Assembly (NCBI GenBank): GCA_963798845.1
Contig: CAWCUS010000006.1
Span: 640,001 to 704,000, forward strand
DNA length: 64,000 nucleotides
Direction of reading: 5' to 3'
Source: an uncultured Gemmatimonadales bacterium
GTDB lineage: Bacteria > Gemmatimonadota > Gemmatimonadetes > Longimicrobiales > RSA9
The position numbers and the translations under genes were made by a program. The first letter of the stretch is position 1. Every line of letters begins with the position of its first letter. Shown here in pieces: positions 58,261 to 64,000 of the stretch. A model generated the notes under the pieces. The model saw nothing but the letters and a program-made list of their open reading frames with translations, did no database searches and was not told where the DNA came from.

Positions 58261-59136
58261 TCATTGCCACCCCGCGAATTCCAGCGCCACGTCCAGGGCG
58301 GGGGCCGAGTGCGTGAGGGCGCCCACTGAGATCAGGTCGACCCCGCTCTCCGCCGCGGCGCGAACGGAAGCGAGAGTAATGCCACCGGACGCCTCGGTCA
58401 GGGTCCGGCCGCCCACCTGTTCGACCGCAAGGGCGAGCTGCTCGGGGGTCATGTTGTCGAGCAGGATGGCGTCGGCGCCCGCGTCGAGGGCCTCGGCGAC
58501 CTGGTCCACCCGGTCCACCTCGATGGTCATGGCGACGCCGTGGCCGAGATGGCGTCTCGCCTCGCGCACCGCGTCCGCCAGCGACTTGCCGGCCGCGGCC
58601 AGCGCCGCGCGGTGATTATCCTTGAGCATGAAGCCGTCCGCCAGTCCGAACCGGTGGTTGCTCCCGCCGCCGCATCGGACTGCGTATTTCTCGAGCGCCC
58701 GGAGTCCGGGTGTGGTCTTGCGGGTGTCCACGATGCGGGCGCCGGTCCCGTCCACGGCCTCGACGTAGCGGCGGGTGAGGGAAGCAATGCCGCTCAGACG
58801 GCCGACGAAGTTGAGCGCCACCCGCTCGGCGGAGAGGATCGGTCCCGCGCGGCCCTCGGCGACGAGGAGCGTCGCGTCGGCGGCCACCGCGTCGCCGTCG
58901 GCGGCGTAGAAGCGCACGTGGATGTCGGGGTCGAGGGCGTGAAACACGGCGCCGGCGAGGGTCAGGCCGCACGCCACGCCCGCCTGTCGGGCGAGAAGCC
59001 GAGCGCTGACACGGGCGTCGAAAGGCACCAGGAGGTCGGTGGTGACGTCGCCGCCTCCCAGGTCCTCCTCCAGCGCCCGCTCGGCGTATCGCCGGAGCAA
59101 CGACGCCGGCGGCACCGGCCGTCCTCTTGCTGCCAT
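58261..59136 (-). CDS. nadC: Nicotinate-nucleotide diphosphorylase (carboxylating)
   Basis: EEDLGGGDVT, DTRKTTPG, NHRFGL, KDNH, LLDNM, EASGG, SVGALTH. Confidence 0.97.
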   Translation of the reverse strand: MAARGRPVPPASLLRRYAERALEEDLGGGDVTTDLLVPFDARVSARLLARQAGVACGLTLAGAVFHALDPDIHVRFYAADGDAVAADATLLVAEGRAGPILSAERVALNFVGRLSGIASLTRRYVEAVDGTGARIVDTRKTTPGLRALEKYAVRCGGGSNHRFGLADGFMLKDNHRAALAAAGKSLADAVREARRHLGHGVAMTIEVDRVDQVAEALDAGADAILLDNMTPEQLALAVEQVGGRTLTEASGGITLASVRAAAESGVDLISVGALTHSAPALDVALEFAGWQ

Positions 59137-59144
59137 CACGTCGG

Positions 59145-59186
59145 TCCTCTGCTTCGCTCGGCTGATCCCCGTGCAGGGGCGGAATG
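59145..59186 (-). ncRNA. Candidate cis-regulatory pseudoknot in the nadC leader
   Basis: UUCCG/CGGGG stem; loop CCCCUGC complementary (6 of 7) to GCAGAGG, which overlaps the SD. Confidence 0.3.
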
Positions 59187-59281
59187 AAACCCGGAAGTAG
59201 GGCGCGTGTTCCGGTCGTGGAAGCGGTCTTCCGCGGCGCGTGGGCGGCTGACCGGTGCACGGATCTGCGGCGGCCCGGTCG

Positions 59282-60874
59282 TCAGCCGAGGTCGGCCTGG
59301 TGCACCGCGAGCACGTCGTCCAGGCGACGGAGGGCATCCACGACCCCGCCCGGCAGCTTCTCGTCCACCGCTACCGCGGCGAGCGCCTCCCCGCCGGCTT
59401 CGAGGCGGGCCTGGTGGTATTCGGCGATGTTGACCCCGGCGTTGCCGAGCACGGTGCCCACGCGGCCGATGACGCCGGGAACGTCGCGGTTGCGGAGGAT
59501 CACGAGCACGCCGCGGGGGCGGACATCCACCGGGAAGGCGTCGATGCGGACGATGCGGAGGTCCTCTCCGCGAAGGGCGCCGGCCACGCGGGTCTCCGTG
59601 CCGCCGCCGACGACGCGGAGCTCGAGGTGCTCCGAGAAGTCGGGGATCGGCTGAAGGAAGACGCGGCTCATCCGGATGCCGCGCGTGTCCGCCAGGTGGA
59701 GGGCGTTGACCAGGTTCACCCCGCCCCGGCCGACGATCTCGGTGAGGACGCCGACCAGCGCGGCAGCCGCGATCGGGCGGAGCACGTCCTCGCCGTGATG
59801 GCCGGCATAGCGAATCTCGACCGACTCCACCCGTCCGCCGAGGGCACAACCGAGGCGGCCGAGGCGGGTGGCGAGGTCGAGCAGCGGCGCGATACGCCGC
59901 ATGAGCTCACCACCGACCGCCGGGGCATTGATGGAGCTCGAGTAATCCTCGTCCAGGAGCGCATCACGGACGGCGGCCGCCACCTCGATGGCGACGTTGT
60001 GCTGCGCCTCCTCCGTGGCCGCGCCGATATGGGGCGTCAAAACGACGTTCTCGAGGGCGAGGAAGGGGTTGTCCCCCGCGAGAGGTTCGTCCCGGTACAC
60101 GTCGAAGGCCGCGCCGGCCAGGCGGCCGTCACGGAGGCGTTCGACGACGGCGGCTTCGTCCACGAGTCCGCCGCGTGCCGCGTTGATGAGCACGGCGGAG
60201 GGCTTGAGGAGGTCGAGCCGGCGGGCGTCGATCAGGTTCCGGGTGCCGTCGGTAAGCGGAACGTGAAGGGAAACGATGTCGGCGCAGGCCAGCACGGCGT
60301 CGAGGGAGTCGGTCTCGATACCGAGCTGGCGCGCCCGCTCTTCCTGCAGGAACGGATCACTGGCGAGGATGCGCATTCCGAACGCCCGGGCGCGGACGGC
60401 GACCTCGGTGCCGATCCGACCCGCTCCCACCAGCGCCAGGATCTTCCCCTTCAGCTCGGAGCCGCGCAGGCGCTCCCGACTCCACTCGCCCGAGCGCAAG
60501 GACCGGTCGGCGGCGGTGACCTTCCGGACCACGGCGAGCATGAGAGCCATGGTCAGCTCGGCCGCGGATACGGTGTTGCCGGACGGCGCGTTGAAGACCG
60601 CGATGCCCCGCTCGGTGGCGGCGGGCAGGTCGATATTGTCGACGCCGACGCCCGCGCGTCCGATGACGCGGAGGCGGCTGGTCGTGGACAGGCTGTCGCG
60701 GGTGATGGTGGTGGAGGAGCGAACGATGACGGCGTCGGCATCGTCGAGCGCCGCGCGGAGGTCGTCGCCTGACAGGCCGTAGTCTGGAACGAGCTGGAAG
60801 TGGTCGTCGGCGAGCGGCGCCAGGCCGGACTCGGGGATCCGGTCGGCGAGGAGGACCCGGAAGCGGTCAGCCAT
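59282..60874 (-). CDS. serA: D-3-phosphoglycerate dehydrogenase with ACT domain
   Basis: RAGVGVDNID, GAGRIG, NAARGG, TPHIGAAT, NRDVPGVIG. Confidence 0.95.
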   Translation of the reverse strand: MADRFRVLLADRIPESGLAPLADDHFQLVPDYGLSGDDLRAALDDADAVIVRSSTTITRDSLSTTSRLRVIGRAGVGVDNIDLPAATERGIAVFNAPSGNTVSAAELTMALMLAVVRKVTAADRSLRSGEWSRERLRGSELKGKILALVGAGRIGTEVAVRARAFGMRILASDPFLQEERARQLGIETDSLDAVLACADIVSLHVPLTDGTRNLIDARRLDLLKPSAVLINAARGGLVDEAAVVERLRDGRLAGAAFDVYRDEPLAGDNPFLALENVVLTPHIGAATEEAQHNVAIEVAAAVRDALLDEDYSSSINAPAVGGELMRRIAPLLDLATRLGRLGCALGGRVESVEIRYAGHHGEDVLRPIAAAALVGVLTEIVGRGGVNLVNALHLADTRGIRMSRVFLQPIPDFSEHLELRVVGGGTETRVAGALRGEDLRIVRIDAFPVDVRPRGVLVILRNRDVPGVIGRVGTVLGNAGVNIAEYHQARLEAGGEALAAVAVDEKLPGGVVDALRRLDDVLAVHQADLG

Positions 60875-61982
60875 GGGCCGCGAGCACCTCCTCGAACAGT
60901 TCGGAGAGGACGTCGAGGAGCGAGTCGAGCTCCCCGATCGCATGGTCCCCCATATGGCCGATGCGGATCATGTCGTTCTTCGCGGGTCCGTAGCCGGTGG
61001 CGATGACGTAGCCGCGGGCGCGCATGGCGGAGCAGATGTCCGGTGCGTTCACGCCGGGCGGCATGGTCACGCACGTGACGGTGGGCGAGCGGTAGCCCTC
61101 GGGGGCAAGGATTCCCACCTCCACGCCCCGTCCCCGGAGCTCCTCGACCCACGTATACGTGCGCTCGGCCATGGCGCGATGCCGTGCCCACCGGTTCTCG
61201 ATCCCTTCCTCACGGATCGCCTCGACCTGCACGGCGGCCGCATACATGAGCGAGACCGCGGGCGTGTTCGGCGTCTGGCTCTTCTCGAGGTTCCGCTCGA
61301 ACTCCAGCACGTCGAAATACAGGCCGCGCGTCGGGCTCTGCGCCGCCCGTTCGAGAACGGCGGGCTGTGCGACGCCGAAGCCCAGGCCAGGGGGGAGGGC
61401 GAAAGCCTTCTGGGAGCCGGTGACCACGAAGTCGATCTCCCACTCGTCGGTCTCCACCGGCGCGCCCGCCATGGAGCTCACGGTGTCCACGCAGGCCATG
61501 GCGCCGTGGCGGTGGGCGGCGGCCGTGAGCTCACGGATGGGGTTGAGGACGCCCGTTGACGTCTCGGAGTGGCAGATCGTGACCGTGTCGAAGTCGCCGG
61601 CGGCTAGGGCGTCGTCCAGCATCTCCGGCGTGTGATTTCGGCCGAAGTCGACCTCGAGGCGGGTGGTCTCGAACCCGGACTGCTCGGCGATCGTGGCGAA
61701 GCGGCCGCTGAACGCGCCGTTGACCAGGCTGAGCACGCGACGCCGGGCGGTGTTGCGGACTGCCATCTCCATCATGCCGGTCCCGGAGCAGGGCGCGACA
61801 TAGACCGGACGCCGGGTACGGAACACATCCTTCAGGCCCGGCTGCAGGCGCTCCATGAGCGCTTCCATCTCGGGAGTGCGGTGGCCCATCATGGGTCCGA
61901 GCATGGCCTCGAGGACCTCGCGCCGGACCTCCGTCGGACCCGGTAGGAAGAACCGGCCGAACTCGTGCACGTTCACTGACAT
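60867..61982 (-). CDS. Class V PLP aminotransferase (serine-pyruvate / alanine-glyoxylate family), probable phosphoserine aminotransferase
   Basis: PGPT, HSETSTG, DTVSS, TGSQKAFALPPG, RIGHMG; lies between serB and serA. Confidence 0.88.
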   Translation of the reverse strand: MSVNVHEFGRFFLPGPTEVRREVLEAMLGPMMGHRTPEMEALMERLQPGLKDVFRTRRPVYVAPCSGTGMMEMAVRNTARRRVLSLVNGAFSGRFATIAEQSGFETTRLEVDFGRNHTPEMLDDALAAGDFDTVTICHSETSTGVLNPIRELTAAAHRHGAMACVDTVSSMAGAPVETDEWEIDFVVTGSQKAFALPPGLGFGVAQPAVLERAAQSPTRGLYFDVLEFERNLEKSQTPNTPAVSLMYAAAVQVEAIREEGIENRWARHRAMAERTYTWVEELRGRGVEVGILAPEGYRSPTVTCVTMPPGVNAPDICSAMRARGYVIATGYGPAKNDMIRIGHMGDHAIGELDSLLDVLSELFEEVLAAHG

Positions 61983-62029
61983 GGCCAACCCTGCGTGGTT
62001 CTGATGTCCGTATCGGATGGGCGCCGCGC

Positions 62030-62767
62030 CTACTTCCACTCGACGAGCCCCCGGTCCACGAGCGCCTTGCCGCGGTCGTACAGGCGGCGCCCCGTCTCAT
62101 CGTCGGGACGCGCGTCGGCGAGCGCAAGCGGAAGGACCGGCGAGAGGGAGCGCGAGCGGATGACGACGGGGGCCGCGGCCAGCACTTCCGGACGCTCGAC
62201 GACGCCCGCGTATGCCACGAACAGGTCCACCTCCCCGCGCGCCTCCAGGTCGGTGGCACCATCACCCACGAACATGATGGGCTCCGGGAGCGGATCCGGT
62301 CCGGACTTCCACGCGCGGAGGACCTCCGCCTTTCCGCCCGCCCGCGACGTCGGGGCCGCATCGTCGAACCCCACGTACTCGCCCCGCTCGTCGAAGCGGA
62401 GGGGCACGGCGGCCACGGCGAGGTCCGGGAGACCGAGGCTGCGCGTCAGGCCCAGCACGGCGGGGAGGAGCCCACCCGAGACCACGCGCACGTTCACGCC
62501 GGCCGCGACCAGCGCCTGGACCGTGGCCGCGGCGTCCTCCACCAGGCCGGCGATGTAGCGCTCGATGAGTCCCTCGACTGCGCTCCGGTCGGGGCGGATC
62601 AGCTCCAGCCGGCGGGCGTAGACCGCGTCCAGCGCCAGCTCCCCGCGCATGGCGGAGTCGGTGAGGGTTTCCACCTCACGCCGGTGGTCGGCGGCCAGCG
62701 CCTCGATGCCTTCCAGCGCAGAAAGGGTGGAGTCGCAGTCGAAGACCACCGTGCGGTAGCGGATCAT
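62030..62767 (-). CDS. serB: HAD-IB phosphatase, phosphoserine phosphatase-like
   Basis: FDCDSTL, T..AMRG, VSGG, GK, VGDGATD. Confidence 0.8.
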   Translation of the reverse strand: MIRYRTVVFDCDSTLSALEGIEALAADHRREVETLTDSAMRGELALDAVYARRLELIRPDRSAVEGLIERYIAGLVEDAAATVQALVAAGVNVRVVSGGLLPAVLGLTRSLGLPDLAVAAVPLRFDERGEYVGFDDAAPTSRAGGKAEVLRAWKSGPDPLPEPIMFVGDGATDLEARGEVDLFVAYAGVVERPEVLAAAPVVIRSRSLSPVLPLALADARPDDETGRRLYDRGKALVDRGLVEWK

Positions 62768-62798
62768 TCGCGCCAAGGTAGGGCGTGCGGCGCCGGAT

Positions 62799-62829
62799 GC
62801 AATGCGGCGCGGAGCGCGCGCCGCATTGC
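62799..62829 (-). terminator. Hairpin downstream of uppS
   Basis: 13-bp stem gcaatgcggcgcg / cgcgccgcattgc with 5-nt loop; no U tract. Confidence 0.45.
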
Positions 62830-62833
62830 GGGC

Positions 62834-63598
62834 TCAGACGGCCGGATCCAGGACGCGCCCGAAGCGACGATCCCGGCTACGGAACTCCATCACCGCCTCC
62901 CGCAGGTCGGCAGCGGTGAAGTCGGGCCAGAGGGTCGGGGTGAAGTACAGCTCCGCGTACGCGCATTCCCAGAGCAGGAAATCGCTCAGCCGCTGCTCCC
63001 CGCCCGTGCGGATCAGGAGATCCACGTCCGGCGCCGCACCCCCGCCGCCCTCGACGTGACCGAGCGCAGCCGAGAAGGCCTCGCGGCTGGCGCAGCCGTC
63101 GCTCGAGAGAGCGCGCGCGGCCGCTCGCAGGATTGCGTCGCGACCCGAATAGTCGATCGCGAGCCGCAACGTCAGCGCCCGCCCGGCAGCGGTCGCGGCC
63201 TCCGCTCCCTCGATCGCCCGGACCAGCCGCCCGGGAATCCGATCACGGCGCCCGATGGCCTCGACGCGGATCCGGTTCTCGACGCAGCTGGGCGTCTCGG
63301 CGGCCAGGTACTCCTCGAGGAGCGACATCAGCGCGGTCACCTCCGGCGCCGGCCGCGACCAGTTGTCGGAGGAGAACGCGTACAGCGTGAGCGTGCCGAT
63401 TCCGAGGTCGGTGGCCGCGGCCGCTTCCACGATGGGGCGCACCACGCCCGAGCCCCGCCGGTGGCCGAGCGAGCGGGGACGCCTGCGACGCGTGGCCCAG
63501 CGACCGTTGCCGTCCATGATGATCGCCACGTGCAGCCCGCCGGCTCGAGCCACACCCGGGTCGTGGAAGTCCCGCACGGATTCTCGGGGTTGCGTCAT
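62834..63598 (-). CDS. uppS: cis-isoprenyl diphosphate synthase (undecaprenyl diphosphate synthase family)
   Basis: [44 protein letters not shown]. Confidence 0.92.
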   Translation of the reverse strand: MTQPRESVRDFHDPGVARAGGLHVAIIMDGNGRWATRRRRPRSLGHRRGSGVVRPIVEAAAATDLGIGTLTLYAFSSDNWSRPAPEVTALMSLLEEYLAAETPSCVENRIRVEAIGRRDRIPGRLVRAIEGAEAATAAGRALTLRLAIDYSGRDAILRAAARALSSDGCASREAFSAALGHVEGGGGAAPDVDLLIRTGGEQRLSDFLLWECAYAELYFTPTLWPDFTAADLREAVMEFRSRDRRFGRVLDPAV

Positions 63599-63617
63599 CG
63601 TCGATCGGTTGAAACGA

Positions 63618-63989
63618 TCAGTCGCGGACAGCCCGGATCAGGGCTTCCATGTGCTCCAGATAGGCTTCCAGGGCCGCACGCCCGTCACCGGTCAAACGGT
63701 AGCGCGTGCGCGGGACCCGCCCGTCATAGTCCTTCAGGCAATCGATGTAGCCGGCGTCTTCCAGCTTCCGCGCGTGCGCGCTGAGATTGCCGTCCGTCAC
63801 CGCCAGCAGCCCTTTCAGGTCGTTGAACGAGAGCGTCTGGTTCACGGCAAGCGCGCTCACGATCCCGAGCCGCACTCGCTCGTGGATCAGTCGGTCCAGG
63901 TCCGGCGCTCCGGGACCCACGGGCACGCCGCCTTCGTCCGCGGATGGCTCCGCGGAGCGCGACTCCCGTGACGGCCGCGCTTCACCCAC
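63618..63989 (-). CDS. Winged-helix transcriptional regulator (ArsR/MarR-like)
   Basis: [13 protein letters not shown]...SFNDLK...[17 protein letters not shown]...RTRYRLT; start uncertain at window edge. Confidence 0.88.
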   Translation of the reverse strand: MGEARPSRESRSAEPSADEGGVPVGPGAPDLDRLIHERVRLGIVSALAVNQTLSFNDLKGLLAVTDGNLSAHARKLEDAGYIDCLKDYDGRVPRTRYRLTGDGRAALEAYLEHMEALIRAVRD

Positions 63990-64000
63990 CGTACCGCCTC

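Overview
High-GC bacterial chromosomal window, most consistent with a Gemmatimonadota genome (inferred from gene repertoire and protein styles; not verified by search). It is gene-dense and mostly housekeeping or accessory metabolism: aspA (partial), HU, a DEAD-box-like protein with degenerate catalytic motifs, a TonB-dependent receptor, mutY, a GMC/TPP-enzyme operon, an octaheme HAO-family cytochrome module, a SWIB protein, SURF1, SSADH, lon, PPi-type pfk, hutU, clpP, udk, hsp20, a PAS-GGDEF-EAL protein, thyX, a caa3 oxidase operon, nadC-nadA, a serB-aminotransferase-serA operon and uppS. No rRNA, tRNA, transposase, integrase, cas gene or true CRISPR array was recognised. Four genes (DUF1028, mutY, thyX, cox subunit III) each need removal of one base to restore the frame, which is probably assembly error. 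Best leads: (1) a porin / octaheme HAO-like cytochrome / duplicated 4-His membrane protein redox module; (2) two tandem arrays 26 kb apart that share a 16-nt core with exchangeable short linkers; (3) sigma54-type promoters plus a shared palindromic box upstream of lon and hsp20; (4) a possible SD-occluding pseudoknot upstream of nadC-nadA; (5) a pseudo-helicase; (6) kb-scale G/C skew domains that flip at intergenic sites regardless of gene orientation.
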